DNA of 64,000 bases. Origin: a virus. Taxonomy: Duplodnaviria > Heunggongvirae > Uroviricota > Caudoviricetes. The DNA is taken from positions 64,001 to 128,000 of the IMG/VR virus record IMGVR_UViG_3300047317_001031; one strand, written 5' to 3'. The notes beneath the pieces were generated by a model, which had not been told where the DNA came from, ran no database searches, and worked only from the letters and a program-made list of their open reading frames with translations. Positions 1 through 9,569 of this stretch are shown piece after piece. Position 1 is the first letter of the stretch. Every line of letters starts with the position of its first letter. The position numbers and the translations under genes were made by a program.

Positions 1-8
1 GGACGTGC

Positions 9-218
9 TCATGCATATCTCCGTTTGTAGTTACGTGGAAATTCGCCGTCGCATTTGCAAGGATGCCCATAGAGAGGACCGTGATCATAGCGTATCCCGC
101 ATGTACGGTTTCGATGCGGCGTATGTCCGCAGTGTGGGCAAATGCGTCCTTGTGCTAGGAGTTCTTGCTCATACTCCGGGTCGTCGCGCAGTTCATCCAT
201 CCTGCTTAAACGCCTCAT
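9..218 (-). CDS. small Cys/His-rich hypothetical protein
   Basis: CPHCGH and CKC motifs; last gene of a tightly packed leftward operon; start could be ATG at 200. Confidence 0.5.
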   Translation of the reverse strand: MRRLSRMDELRDDPEYEQELLAQGRICPHCGHTPHRNRTCGIRYDHGPLYGHPCKCDGEFPRNYKRRYA

Positions 219-408
219 ACATGCGATTGAGAGTTTCCGGGATAGCTTTTTCGAGTTCTTCGTCTTCGCGTAGTAATCCCCCGATTTTCGCAGCGTTTTC
301 GGCGACGAACATTAGGAGTTTGCGTGCGGCAATCTGCATTTTCTCGGGATCTCCCGCCGCATGTGATAATTCATAAACGAGGGATGCGAACTCGTCGGAC
401 TTACCCAT
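193..408 (-). CDS. hypothetical protein
   Basis: Track ORF 193-519; start moved to ATG 408 (AAGGAG upstream, overlaps stop of previous gene). Confidence 0.5.
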   Translation of the reverse strand: MGKSDEFASLVYELSHAAGDPEKMQIAARKLLMFVAENAAKIGGLLREDEELEKAIPETLNRMYEAFKQDG

Positions 409-892
409 TCCCGTCTCCTTGCGGAACGCGCTGTAATGCTTTGTAAGCGGCATACTGATAGCTAAGGCCGTTGAAATCAGCCGCCCAAACCATCCGCCGC
501 CAAAGGGGATGAGGTCCACATTGGGGACGCAAGCAAATGCCGTTATTTGCTTCTTTGCCGTGTCCGATGTGGCCGCGATATGCCGCTGCTTCGGCGACTT
601 CGCGCTTTACCAAGAGAAGCGACGTATCTTTCCCGTCGCATAGCTTCTGTGCCAGAAGGTACTCTGCAATGTTGAATTGCCGTCCCAAATCATCAAGTAG
701 GATGATCTCCGTCGGCACTTCCTCGATGATCGGCGCTCCAATGGCTTTCGCAACACGCTGCCCAGGGATAGTAGCATGTCCAACCTTACGCCGTGTTATT
801 TCCACGCGAGCCACATAGCCGGAAGGCTCATATGTCGTTTCTTCGCCTGATTCTGCTATGATGCAAATCTTCTCAGGGGTTAGATTTAGCAA
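401..892 (-). CDS. hypothetical protein
   Basis: 163 aa ORF in the leftward operon. Confidence 0.55.
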   Translation of the reverse strand: MLNLTPEKICIIAESGEETTYEPSGYVARVEITRRKVGHATIPGQRVAKAIGAPIIEEVPTEIILLDDLGRQFNIAEYLLAQKLCDGKDTSLLLVKREVAEAAAYRGHIGHGKEANNGICLRPQCGPHPLWRRMVWAADFNGLSYQYAAYKALQRVPQGDGNG

Positions 893-1019
893 GGCGTTCC
901 TCTAATTTCTCAATGCGAAGGCGATGTAATTCTAGATGCCGTGTCGTATTGATTGACGCCCATCCAAGCATTATTATGGACAATGCGAGAACGATGCCGA
1001 TAATTATAATATTTAGCAT
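873..1019 (-). CDS. small membrane protein (48 aa, not in ORF track)
   Basis: Manual translation MLNIIIIGIVLALSIIMLGWASINTTRHLELHRLRIEKLEERLAKSNP; fills the gap between neighbours. Confidence 0.55.
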   Translation of the reverse strand: MLNIIIIGIVLALSIIMLGWASINTTRHLELHRLRIEKLEERLAKSNP

Positions 1020-1210
1020 GATCTCTGCCTTTCTAAGCGGGCAAGATATTCTTTTTCGAAGTCGGCAAGTGATATGCCGCGCAAATCCGCAACTTCTTCC
1101 CTCAAATCTTTAAGCATATTCGTCTGGCGTTCGAAAGTTTCATTGGATTTCTCCACAACCAAAAAAATATCTGGATAAATAAGCCTTGCAATCGCTCGAC
1201 GGATACGCAT
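1013..1210 (-). CDS. hypothetical protein
   Basis: Start overlaps stop of the upstream gene. Confidence 0.55.
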   Translation of the reverse strand: MRIRRAIARLIYPDIFLVVEKSNETFERQTNMLKDLREEVADLRGISLADFEKEYLARLERQRSC

Positions 1211-1578
1211 TAGAGTTCGGCGTCTTCCCCGTGCAGTTTTGGGATGGTTTTGAGAAGATCGGCAACGGTGCAGTTGAGCGCTTTAGCATAATCGTAGAGG
1301 CGGTGTATCGGAATGGATATATCCCCTGATTCGATGAGGTAAACGCTTCCTCGGTAGGCACCGACAAGTTTTGCGAGATCCGTTTGGGACATATTTTTTA
1401 TGGCGAGTCTTTTTTCGCGAATGACTTGTCCGATCGCGACGTAGCATGCATCGGCTTTGGGAGGCCTTTTACGGACGCGACTACGACGTTTTTCGGCGTT
1501 CGCTCGGCATTGAGCTTCCCTAAGAGCCTCTTTCGCTTGTGCAAGAGCGCGCTTCGCGTCGGCTACTGGATCATTCAT
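1210..1578 (-). CDS. XRE/Cro-family HTH transcriptional regulator
   Basis: IREKRLAIKNMSQTDLAKLVGAYRGSVYLIESG...LYDYAKALN matches the HTH_3 pattern. Confidence 0.8.
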   Translation of the reverse strand: MNDPVADAKRALAQAKEALREAQCRANAEKRRSRVRKRPPKADACYVAIGQVIREKRLAIKNMSQTDLAKLVGAYRGSVYLIESGDISIPIHRLYDYAKALNCTVADLLKTIPKLHGEDAEL

Positions 1579-1880
1579 TTTGCTGGGTTTTCCCCGACTT
1601 GTGGGGACTCCTTGGGAGCAACGAGGGAGCGAGAGACTTCTGCCTCAAGCGTCCCTTCGAGTCCAAGCGCATCAATTATCATTTCCGTGAGATCATGTGC
1701 CATGACGCATAGCCGTTCGGCTTCGAAGACGGCCAGTCGTAGATAACTTTGCGCGGTCGCGAACAATCGCTGATCGTCGGGAGGCTGCTGTGGTGCATAG
1801 ATTGCCATGTCAAGCCCTTCGGCGAACGCTTCGATCCGGGCGCGATCGTACGATGGTTCGGGCGAGATTGGATCTTTCAT
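1575..1880 (-). CDS. hypothetical protein
   Basis: ATGA-type overlaps on both sides. Confidence 0.6.
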   Translation of the reverse strand: MKDPISPEPSYDRARIEAFAEGLDMAIYAPQQPPDDQRLFATAQSYLRLAVFEAERLCVMAHDLTEMIIDALGLEGTLEAEVSRSLVAPKESPQVGENPAK

Positions 1881-2356
1881 GCAGGACCTGCTTCAGAGGC
1901 TTGGCAGACCATGAGTACGTCGGCATAGGTCTGCGATATCTCCTCGGTCTCTATCCGGGGGACTTCGGAGGCCTCGGGGAAGGTCGGGGTCTTCATGATC
2001 CATTTGTAGAGCGCCCGCCATCCGGCGGCGAACGCGATGGCGGGAGACGCGCTAAACGATGACTCGCGCCATTTGTCGTATTCGTATTCGATCGTTTCCT
2101 TCGTCGGCGTACAATCGTTCACGCATCGCCGAGCGCGAAGTTTTTCTGCTTCTGCCGCAGCGCCGAGAAGAGCATAGCGCGCTTTCGCCAGGTATGAGAC
2201 GTTCTCCGCAATCGAACCGGGGTTGCGGATCTGCTGGTTGATTTCATCGGCGAGAGCAAGGATGTCTACGGAATCATAGCGCTCGAAGTCTTTTGGCTGC
2301 AAGCCGGAAATGCCGAATTTGGCGGATGGGTTATTCATGCGGTTGTGCTTGGACAT
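1877..2356 (-). CDS. hypothetical protein
   Basis: 159 aa, operon-packed. Confidence 0.6.
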   Translation of the reverse strand: MSKHNRMNNPSAKFGISGLQPKDFERYDSVDILALADEINQQIRNPGSIAENVSYLAKARYALLGAAAEAEKLRARRCVNDCTPTKETIEYEYDKWRESSFSASPAIAFAAGWRALYKWIMKTPTFPEASEVPRIETEEISQTYADVLMVCQASEAGPA

Positions 2357-2534
2357 TAGTAGTTTGTGGGCCGCCCGGTATTGAGCCGGTATAATGACCT
2401 AATGCAAACGCGATATAGGAACGATTAGCTAAAATGAGAGCAATAGCAGATTTTCTATCTGGATTTTTTGTGAGGGCCTCAAGCGCATCAAGTACTTCGC
2501 CTGATGCTTTAACCCACGAGGAAAACTCGCTCAT
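2331..2534 (-). CDS. hypothetical protein
   Basis: ATGA overlap with the upstream small ORF. Confidence 0.55.
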   Translation of the reverse strand: MSEFSSWVKASGEVLDALEALTKNPDRKSAIALILANRSYIAFALGHYTGSIPGGPQTTNVQAQPHE

Positions 2535-2698
2535 CGTTTGTTCTTATAAGCGTCAGAGCGTGCTCGCCTGCCGTAATTTTCGACGCGGTGAGGCTTGCAA
2601 TAGGAGCACGATAATACTTTCCCGCGTCTAATCTTCCAGTAGACGGTGGGATTTTCGGTTACGGCAAGTTCTTCCCCAAGGCGATGCAGTTGCATCAT
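2531..2698 (-). CDS. small basic Zn-knuckle-like peptide (55 aa, not in ORF track)
   Basis: MMQLHRLGEELAVTENPTVYWKIRRGKVLSCSYCKPHRVENYGRRARSDAYKNKR; GGGGAG RBS; stop/start overlaps both neighbours. Confidence 0.65.
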   Translation of the reverse strand: MMQLHRLGEELAVTENPTVYWKIRRGKVLSCSYCKPHRVENYGRRARSDAYKNKR

Positions 2699-3048
2699 GG
2701 TTTCTCCCCCAATTGTAGATCACGATATACGCGACCCATGAGTTTCCCGTTCTTCATCGCGCAAACGGCATGACCGCGGGTCCCTTTTTTTGTAGAAAAA
2801 TAGACCGATATGGAATCAAACGGCTTTTTCAAGGTCATAAGCGCTACCTCGCATTCGCGTTGCGCTTGCCGGACGATCGTGAGCGGTGGAGCGTTCATCC
2901 CCTCCCTTTCCCGCATGGATTTCTCGTCTTCCTGTTCGGCGGCTAACTCATATATCAAAGAATCCCGTAAAAAGCAGAATAAAATAGTATACGATAGGCG
3001 TTCCTGCGAGTTCAAGCACGGTATTGCATATTTCATGAACCGCGGCAT
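2695..3048 (-). CDS. hypothetical protein
   Basis: Operon-packed ORF. Confidence 0.55.
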   Translation of the reverse strand: MPRFMKYAIPCLNSQERLSYTILFCFLRDSLIYELAAEQEDEKSMREREGMNAPPLTIVRQAQRECEVALMTLKKPFDSISVYFSTKKGTRGHAVCAMKNGKLMGRVYRDLQLGEKP

Positions 3049-3051
3049 CGC

Positions 3052-3351
3052 TCATCCTATAACGACTCCCCTGGCTTTAAGTTCCCGCTCCCAAAGTACT
3101 TTCATTTCGTCGGTGCAGTGGGTCATGGCGTCTTTCCAGGTAGGCCAACGACCGTGCTCGCCATAGAACGCATACTGATAATAGAGGGATTGGGCATCGT
3201 GCGGCATCTCTAGCGGATGGGCGGGGGTCTTTCCGCAGACCTGGCAAGCGGATGGAGAGGGCGGAAGAAGGCCGACGTCTACCATGCGGTCCTCAGTCAC
3301 GTCTCCCGTTTGCATGTTGACCGTCTGCCTACGGATGGGAATACTTTTCAT
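3052..3351 (-). CDS. hypothetical protein with CxxC
   Basis: Start moved to ATG 3351 (GGAG RBS, ATGA overlap); ACQVCG motif. Confidence 0.65.
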   Translation of the reverse strand: MKSIPIRRQTVNMQTGDVTEDRMVDVGLLPPSPSACQVCGKTPAHPLEMPHDAQSLYYQYAFYGEHGRWPTWKDAMTHCTDEMKVLWERELKARGVVIG

Positions 3352-3737
3352 ATCCTTGCGCTCCAAAAGGCGGCATGGATTTTTGCGAGCGAGCGACAGC
3401 CTTGAGCGATGCCGTTTTCATCTCGTAATTGTATTTTCCATGGGATCATATGCCGTTCGATGCTTCGAACTAATAATGCTTCAGGATCATTGTTTTGGAT
3501 AAGCATAGCGCACGGTTTGCACGCAGTCCAGTCTCCCACAGATACGAAAGGTAGCCCTATCGTTTTAACTGTTATGTCGTTGGCTTTGAAGGTTTTCGCA
3601 CCGGACGGGACCGGCATTGAACAGAAGTCGCAAACGCCGTCTCCGATTTTTTCTATGCAAATATGGTCATCATGGTCTGCGATATGGCTAAATGGAATAT
3701 CGCGGCGCATGCTTTCAAGAAGCTCCAGATCGTTCAT
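3348..3737 (-). CDS. putative Zn-binding protein, paralog of 3734-4123
   Basis: CDFC...WTACKPC...FWSARI; start moved to ATG 3737. Confidence 0.7.
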   Translation of the reverse strand: MNDLELLESMRRDIPFSHIADHDDHICIEKIGDGVCDFCSMPVPSGAKTFKANDITVKTIGLPFVSVGDWTACKPCAMLIQNNDPEALLVRSIERHMIPWKIQLRDENGIAQGCRSLAKIHAAFWSARI

Positions 3738-4123
3738 ATTTTTGCGCTCCAAAACATGCTATGTGCCCAAATTACGCTTTCCCGAAGTTCCTCACGCACG
3801 CTCGGATATGCCGTGTTCTCTGGGCGCAGAATGGCGAAAACTTCAAGCGCTCGGTCAACTAGATCATCTTTTAAGCCTTTTTCGACGAGAGGAGCGCAAT
3901 CGTCGCAAGCCCCCCAGTCTTCAAGGGAATGATAGGGAAGTTGGCTTGAAACCATGACGGAAATTGTTCTCGCATGGAAGCGTTTTGACTTACGTAGGAG
4001 AGGAGCAGTGCAGAAATCGCAAACGCCCAAGCCTTTCCCTACGACGGTATATCGATTGCCTTCTTGAACGATGTCTGCGAACGGATTTGCACGTCGAAGT
4101 TCTTCTAGGTCTTCATTATTCAT
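3734..4123 (-). CDS. putative Zn-binding protein, paralog of 3348-3737
   Basis: CDFC...WGACDDC...FWSAKI. Confidence 0.7.
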   Translation of the reverse strand: MNNEDLEELRRANPFADIVQEGNRYTVVGKGLGVCDFCTAPLLRKSKRFHARTISVMVSSQLPYHSLEDWGACDDCAPLVEKGLKDDLVDRALEVFAILRPENTAYPSVREELRESVIWAHSMFWSAKI

Positions 4124-4446
4124 CGGAAATCTCCCATCCCGATTTCAAGTTTTGGCAGCATGCGTATCTTTCCATGAAGGACGACCTTATCGTGCATCAC
4201 CTTTTTACGAGCAGGCTCTATTTCATAAACAATGGTCCGCATGACTTCCTTTGGGAAAGCCTCTATTTCTTTAGACGTAGGAATACGTCTCGTGCAATCA
4301 TCGCAAAAAATGGATGGAGCGCCGCATCCCATGCAAATAATAACATCTCCCATCTTAGGTAATTTTTCGGCCTTAATTATTAAGCGTTCTTCTGTGACGA
4401 GCCCGCAATTCCAGCATGTGCCGGAAGGTAACATGATTTCTTTCAT
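4120..4446 (-). CDS. Zn-ribbon hypothetical protein
   Basis: CWNCG...CMGCG motifs. Confidence 0.65.
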   Translation of the reverse strand: MKEIMLPSGTCWNCGLVTEERLIIKAEKLPKMGDVIICMGCGAPSIFCDDCTRRIPTSKEIEAFPKEVMRTIVYEIEPARKKVMHDKVVLHGKIRMLPKLEIGMGDFR

Positions 4447-4457
4447 AATTCCCCTCT

Positions 4458-4769
4458 TTAGGTTTTTTTGCCCGTACCGTTATGCGCTTTTCTGTGGATG
4501 AGATATTGCCGATAGGCTCTCCATCCCTCTTGGAAGCCGCGTCTAAGCGCCGAATTCGTTTCCTTATAGAGAGGAGCCAGGTTGACGACCGCATAGTTCT
4601 CTTCGTACTCGCGAAATACGCAGTCCTCATTCATTACGGCATCTTCCATGCGGAGAGCCCCTTCAATAAGGTCATGATCCCGACGAATCCTCTCAATGAA
4701 GTATTCGAGGTCCCGTTCATCCTTGATCTTCATCTTAAGTATCTGGATGAGTTCATTGCACTTATTCAT
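4458..4769 (-). CDS. hypothetical protein
   Basis: First gene of the leftward block. Confidence 0.6.
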   Translation of the reverse strand: MNKCNELIQILKMKIKDERDLEYFIERIRRDHDLIEGALRMEDAVMNEDCVFREYEENYAVVNLAPLYKETNSALRRGFQEGWRAYRQYLIHRKAHNGTGKKT

Positions 4770-4985
4770 TAGAACTTACATTGACGATCGTGAATCTTCC
4801 GTCCTCCATTTCGGAAGCACGACGAAGACTCGGCTATTTCCGGGCTTTAGGCCGGGGAGCGCGTCAAGAACCTGCCTTGTCTCTCTTTGGGACTCCATGC
4901 AGCGAGGATCGCATATATAAGGAAGACGTGAGAACGGGCTACGATCCCCTTGAAACGGATATTGATTGCGTGCTAGCGTTTTTGT

Positions 4986-5288
4986 ATGATTTCACGTTCG
5001 AAAAAGAAAAAGACCCGTAAGCCTTCCGCAAAAAAGGCGGCAACCAAAAAGCGCATCCTGAAGAAGGCGGCTTTAAAGCCGGGGAAATTGCTCCGCTTTG
5101 ACGGGATAAAGGAGACCATCCAGGAGGCCCTGGACGAGCGTGATACCGTGCTTCTCGCGGAGATGGAGCGTATGCATCAGTCTCTTAAGCGCGTTGAGGA
5201 GATCCTCTCAAAGTGCGTCGTTGAGGAGACTGTAGCGACCGAGGGCGACGATAGCGAACCCTTAATCGAAAAGACGTATGAGGACTGA
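4986..5288 (+). CDS. Lys-rich hypothetical protein
   Basis: Basic N-terminus and coiled-coil-like C-terminus; start uncertain. Confidence 0.5.
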   Translation: MISRSKKKKTRKPSAKKAATKKRILKKAALKPGKLLRFDGIKETIQEALDERDTVLLAEMERMHQSLKRVEEILSKCVVEETVATEGDDSEPLIEKTYED

Positions 5289-5481
5289 GGATTCCGGGAT
5301 CGCTATTCGTGAAGAGATCCAAACGAGAATCGCCTCCGGGGACGTGATTTCATGGGATGCGCTTAAGTTCGCGCATGAGGCGGCGATGTATGCGGCTTCG
5401 CATGGAGACGAAGAGACGGCACATGAGGCGTCTCGCTTGCTTGTTATGATTTCGGCATATGCGATGCGGGATGTGACGTGA
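5278..5481 (+). CDS. hypothetical protein
   Basis: Overlaps both neighbours. Confidence 0.5.
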   Translation: MRTEDSGIAIREEIQTRIASGDVISWDALKFAHEAAMYAASHGDEETAHEASRLLVMISAYAMRDVT

Positions 5482-6230
5482 TCTTTCTCTTACAGGGAGA
5501 TCTGGGGGATCAAATAACGATGCTCCCGGCGATAAATGCGTATCATGCACATACGGGTTATTGCGGTTGGATAATCGCGGACAAGCGAATAGATCAACTC
5601 ATTCCTGATTATTCCTGGCGCGAACCGCTAACCTCAATCCCGATCGCACAGGCGCATAGGGTCGTTTCTCTCAACGTATGGGATGCGGTAGAAAAATTCG
5701 GTAAGGACCTGCACCCCACGCGCATGTTCTTCAAGTACCTCGGACTTGACGATCCGGGCGATGGAGTGCGGCCTGAGATTGCGGTGGATGAGAACGCGCC
5801 TGTGTACGACTATGTGATTGCCCCATTTGCGAATGATCCGGCACGGGCTATGCCGTTTTCTGCCTTGAACGACATTCTCGTTTCTCTCAAGAAAGAAAAG
5901 TCAAGGATCTCCTTCGTTTGCGGGGGCAGTGCAGATGAATACAACCGATTCCAATACAAGGTTCACGGCGCGCTAGGAAACATGATTGATTTCTTTGGCG
6001 GGTCTCCTTTGCCTTACGTCGCGGGCCTCATGCGAAGCGCTCGCAAGGCCGTGATAACCGTCGATAGCATGGCGAACCGTCTTGCACATGCGGCGGGGAT
6101 AAAGAATCATATTCTGCTTTGTTCGGATGTGGTACCCGAAGTATGGGCAACCCATCCGAGCGCACGGGTTCTGTATGGGCCTCCCGATTCATGGACAATT
6201 GATAAGATATTGGAGTTGATCCCGGCATGA
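5478..6230 (+). CDS. glycosyltransferase, GT9 (heptosyltransferase)-like
   Basis: GDLGDQITMLPAI N-terminal motif; AVITVDSMANRLAHAAG resembles the GT9 V-T-x-D-S/T-G-x-x-H motif. Confidence 0.75.
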   Translation: MIFLLQGDLGDQITMLPAINAYHAHTGYCGWIIADKRIDQLIPDYSWREPLTSIPIAQAHRVVSLNVWDAVEKFGKDLHPTRMFFKYLGLDDPGDGVRPEIAVDENAPVYDYVIAPFANDPARAMPFSALNDILVSLKKEKSRISFVCGGSADEYNRFQYKVHGALGNMIDFFGGSPLPYVAGLMRSARKAVITVDSMANRLAHAAGIKNHILLCSDVVPEVWATHPSARVLYGPPDSWTIDKILELIPA

Positions 6231-6808
6231 GTTTCGAATGCGCGAAGGCGACGATACGGCGACTTCATCATCCGCTCTTTCATCAGAGGGTATTCGTTGG
6301 GCGAGGCCTGGATATCGGGTGCGGAGACGATCCGTTATCAAAATACGCATGCGTTTTCCCACAGATTACATCAGTTGATTCGTGGGATCGTGAGCAAGGG
6401 GATGGGCAGATACTCCTAGGCGTTCAAGACGGAGCGTATGACTTCGTTCACTCCTCGCATAGCCTGGAGCATATGGATGATCCGTATGCTTCTCTGAAAC
6501 GCTGGAGTCAGATCATCAAACATGACGGGCACATCGTCATAACCGTTCCTGATTTCGATTTGTATGAACATACGAATTGGCCTTCTCGTTTTAACGGAGA
6601 TCATAAGCATTCGTTTACGCTTAACGTACGTACCGTAGATCCCTGCGTAATATCCATCTTTGAACTCGTCTCTCATGCGGTTCCGAATATGGAAATCATA
6701 CGAGCGGAACTGATCGAATCTACATTTGATGATGTCGCGTTGGGAAGAATAGATCAAACGCAAGGGCGCATCGCAGAATGTGCTATTGAACTCGTTTTAA
6801 GGAAATAA
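6227..6808 (+). CDS. class I SAM-dependent methyltransferase
   Basis: GLDIGCG motif I; YDFVHSSHSLEH. Confidence 0.85.
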   Translation: MSFECAKATIRRLHHPLFHQRVFVGRGLDIGCGDDPLSKYACVFPQITSVDSWDREQGDGQILLGVQDGAYDFVHSSHSLEHMDDPYASLKRWSQIIKHDGHIVITVPDFDLYEHTNWPSRFNGDHKHSFTLNVRTVDPCVISIFELVSHAVPNMEIIRAELIESTFDDVALGRIDQTQGRIAECAIELVLRK

Positions 6809-6809
6809 T

Positions 6810-7370
6810 ATGATCCATCGTGATACTATCCATGTTGAGCCGACGAATTTCCACGAGGCGCGGTTGTTGCTCCCGATCGTCTATGATGATCACCGCGGTA
6901 CGTTCCAGGAAACATACTCGGAGAAGAAATACGAAGCGCTCGGCTTGAAAGATGTCTTCGTACAGGATTCTCTATCTGTTTCCGCTCGTAATGTTCTCCG
7001 CGGCCTTCACGGAGATACGAATATGAGCAAGCTAGTCACCTGCGTTCGAGGGCGCATATGGGATTGTATCGTTGATTTCCGACCATCGTCGCCGACATAT
7101 TTGCACTGGCAAGGGTTTTACCTGACGGATGCAAACCATCATCAGCTTTATGTTCCGCATGGGTTCGGTCATGGGTTTTTCGCGCTTACCGATGTTATCG
7201 TAGCGTATAAACAAAGTGCGCATCATAATCCCGCATCGGAGTTTTGCATAAGGTGGAACGATCCCGCCATTGGGATTAGATGGCCGGGAAATCCTCGTTA
7301 TCCGATCATCTCAGATAAGGATGCTAACGCGCCTCTAATTATTCGTCCAGAAAGAGAAATCGCTGCTTAA
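6810..7370 (+). CDS. rfbC: dTDP-4-dehydrorhamnose 3,5-epimerase
   Basis: DDHRGTFQETY, FVQDSLSVS..NVLRGLH, LYVPHGFGHGF, IRWNDP signatures. Confidence 0.92.
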   Translation: MIHRDTIHVEPTNFHEARLLLPIVYDDHRGTFQETYSEKKYEALGLKDVFVQDSLSVSARNVLRGLHGDTNMSKLVTCVRGRIWDCIVDFRPSSPTYLHWQGFYLTDANHHQLYVPHGFGHGFFALTDVIVAYKQSAHHNPASEFCIRWNDPAIGIRWPGNPRYPIISDKDANAPLIIRPEREIAA

Positions 7371-8422
7371 TGCGTATATTAGTAACTGGAGGAGGAGGAT
7401 ACATCGGAAGCGTCCTCATCCGTAAACTTATTGAACGTGGTCATGAACCCGTCATCCTTGATCGAATGTTTTTCGGAGACGAATCGATCAAAGGTTATGA
7501 ATGCATGACGATTCGCGAAGATATCCGGAACTTCCGTGATGAATGGCTAGACGGGATAGCCGGGGTAATTCATCTTGCCGGTTTGAGCAATGATCCGACT
7601 TCTGATTATAAACCTCATGCGAACCATCAGATGAACGTCGTCGCTACGAAGAATCTGGTGAAGGCTTGCATTAAGAAGAACATTCGGCGTTTCACCTTCG
7701 CATCAAGCGCATCCATATACGATGAGCAAAAGCATTATGGAGACGGCCCCCCGCCCATGCGGAAGGAACAGGATATCGTTTCTCCTAGAGGGGCATATTC
7801 TTGCTCGAAATATGAGGCAGAGAACATAATAAAAGATGCCTTTTCTCCAGATTTTTGTGCTGCGGTCTTTCGCCAGGGAACGGTTTATGGATATTCGCCT
7901 CGTATGCGTTTTGATCTTGTCGTAAATACTTTTGTGAAGGATGCGCTTACGAAGGGGAAGATTACGTTACATGATGGAGGGAGCATGTGGCGTCCGTTAA
8001 TTGACGTGGATGACGTTGCTAATTGCCACATTGATGCATTAGAAAAACGGAGATGCGGATTCATCAATTTGGTTGGAGAGAATCTAATGATCCGTGATGT
8101 TGCCGGCATGGTGGCCGGAGCTTATGACTTGTTTTTTGCCGGTCATGGGAATAGGCGTCTTGAAATTGAGCATTCCGCTATGTCCCCTGCGATAAAGAGA
8201 AATTATCGTATTAGCGGGAATATGGCAAATATGCTTGGATTTGTTCATTCTAGTACGGTCTTTAAATCCGCATACAATATGTTCGAGAAATTCTCCGAAT
8301 GGACTCCTGAGCAGCTTATGGCGCCGCAGTATTATAACGTACGCTATATGGAACTCTTGGAAAATGTGCATCGCGGGCAGTGCGATTTTAGCGGTATTTA
8401 CGACTTGAAAGTAAAGGCATGA
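7370..8422 (+). CDS. NAD-dependent nucleotide-sugar epimerase/dehydratase (extended SDR)
   Basis: VTGGGGYIGS Rossmann motif; YSCSK catalytic YxxxK. Confidence 0.9.
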   Translation: MRILVTGGGGYIGSVLIRKLIERGHEPVILDRMFFGDESIKGYECMTIREDIRNFRDEWLDGIAGVIHLAGLSNDPTSDYKPHANHQMNVVATKNLVKACIKKNIRRFTFASSASIYDEQKHYGDGPPPMRKEQDIVSPRGAYSCSKYEAENIIKDAFSPDFCAAVFRQGTVYGYSPRMRFDLVVNTFVKDALTKGKITLHDGGSMWRPLIDVDDVANCHIDALEKRRCGFINLVGENLMIRDVAGMVAGAYDLFFAGHGNRRLEIEHSAMSPAIKRNYRISGNMANMLGFVHSSTVFKSAYNMFEKFSEWTPEQLMAPQYYNVRYMELLENVHRGQCDFSGIYDLKVKA

Positions 8423-9303
8423 ACCTACAGAAAATTCTTATTATTGGCGGAAGCGGGCAACTCGGAACCGCGCTCCGTGAAGTGTTCTCGGATAAGCAGA
8501 TTAAGTATCCGACGCATCAAGAACTTATGCTTAGTCTCGTTGATTATCCTGAAGACGGCGGAACGCCTTTCGAGAAAGCGATCCAAGGCGTTGATCTTGT
8601 TATCAACGCGGCAGCTTATCATAATGTACGTGAGTGTGAAGAAAACCCTAGCGTTAGTTTTCAGCTAAACGCTATCAAGGTCGGATACATGGCGAAGGCG
8701 TGTGCTAAACGCGATATGCCTTTCGTAACGGTATCAACGGATTATGTTTTTGAAGGCGAGAGGAGGGAATACTCCCCATATTCTCCTTGTAACCCGCTCA
8801 ACGTGTACGGTGTGTCCAAGTTGGCGGGAGAACACCTCGTATTGAATGCTAATTCGCGATCGACTATCATCCGAACTGCGGGGCTTTATGGGCCGAGCGG
8901 ATTCTCAGGGAAAGGCCCTCATTTCCTGGAACGCGTTCTTCGTATGACGGAATCCCGCGAAACGTTCCGAGCTGTGGATGATGTATTTTTCTCCCCGAGT
9001 TACGCTCCTTACGTAGCAACGGCCATGCGGGAGATAATCGAATCAGAAGATTACGGCGTTCGTCATGTTGCTGGCACAGGATGCGTTTCATGGTTTGAAT
9101 TCGCGAGATATGCTCGGTATGTTGCCTTTAGCGGAACGGCGTACGACATAGGAATTATTGAGCCGATCAAGATCGCAAGTTTGAACGAGCCGTTTACTCG
9201 CCCGGAAAAGGTTGATCTCGTTAGCAAAAAATCTTTTATGCCGCGATGGGAACGCGGAGTCGAAGAATACATACATCAACGATCTACAAGAAAGAATATG
9301 TGA
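8419..9303 (+). CDS. rfbD: dTDP-4-dehydrorhamnose reductase
   Basis: GGSGQLG, INAAAY, STDYVFEG, PLNVYGVSKLAGE. Confidence 0.92.
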   Translation: MNLQKILIIGGSGQLGTALREVFSDKQIKYPTHQELMLSLVDYPEDGGTPFEKAIQGVDLVINAAAYHNVRECEENPSVSFQLNAIKVGYMAKACAKRDMPFVTVSTDYVFEGERREYSPYSPCNPLNVYGVSKLAGEHLVLNANSRSTIIRTAGLYGPSGFSGKGPHFLERVLRMTESRETFRAVDDVFFSPSYAPYVATAMREIIESEDYGVRHVAGTGCVSWFEFARYARYVAFSGTAYDIGIIEPIKIASLNEPFTRPEKVDLVSKKSFMPRWERGVEEYIHQRSTRKNM

Positions 9304-9569
9304 GAGAAAAAGAATTGCCCAAGATATTCGAAACGGTTATCGCCCAGTGTAAGGGACAGTATCCTGATCACAACTGGGAAATGGAAGAAAAAGAAGTAAG
9401 TCGGTCAAGCATTGTTTACAAACTTATTGGGGAGGCTCATGGAGTAAGAACATTCGAGCCTATAAACCGCATGATGGATGATAAGTACATACTCGAACTT
9501 GCATGTTTCCATGCGAAAACAATAGTTGACCGTATAAAGCGTGTTTCAAAGGGGCATCATAAAAAATGA
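9300..9569 (+). CDS. hypothetical protein
   Basis: GTGA overlap with rfbD stop; part of track ORF 9246-9569. Confidence 0.5.
   Translation: MREKELPKIFETVIAQCKGQYPDHNWEMEEKEVSRSSIVYKLIGEAHGVRTFEPINRMMDDKYILELACFHAKTIVDRIKRVSKGHHKK

Noticed and set aside
1210-1578. Anti-CRISPR-associated (aca) regulator marking acr genes
   Set aside because: Generic XRE HTH among small early genes; nothing specific supports an acr assignment.
4962-4990. Promoter TTGATT-N17-TATGAT for the rightward block
   Set aside because: The -10 overlaps the only ATG of the following ORF; cannot decide between them.
4776-5020. ORFs or structured RNA in the divergence gap
   Set aside because: Short stems and two weak ORFs, none convincingly supported.
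4986-5481. Terminase small subunit
   Set aside because: No recognisable TerS motif; no confident candidate found anywhere in the window.
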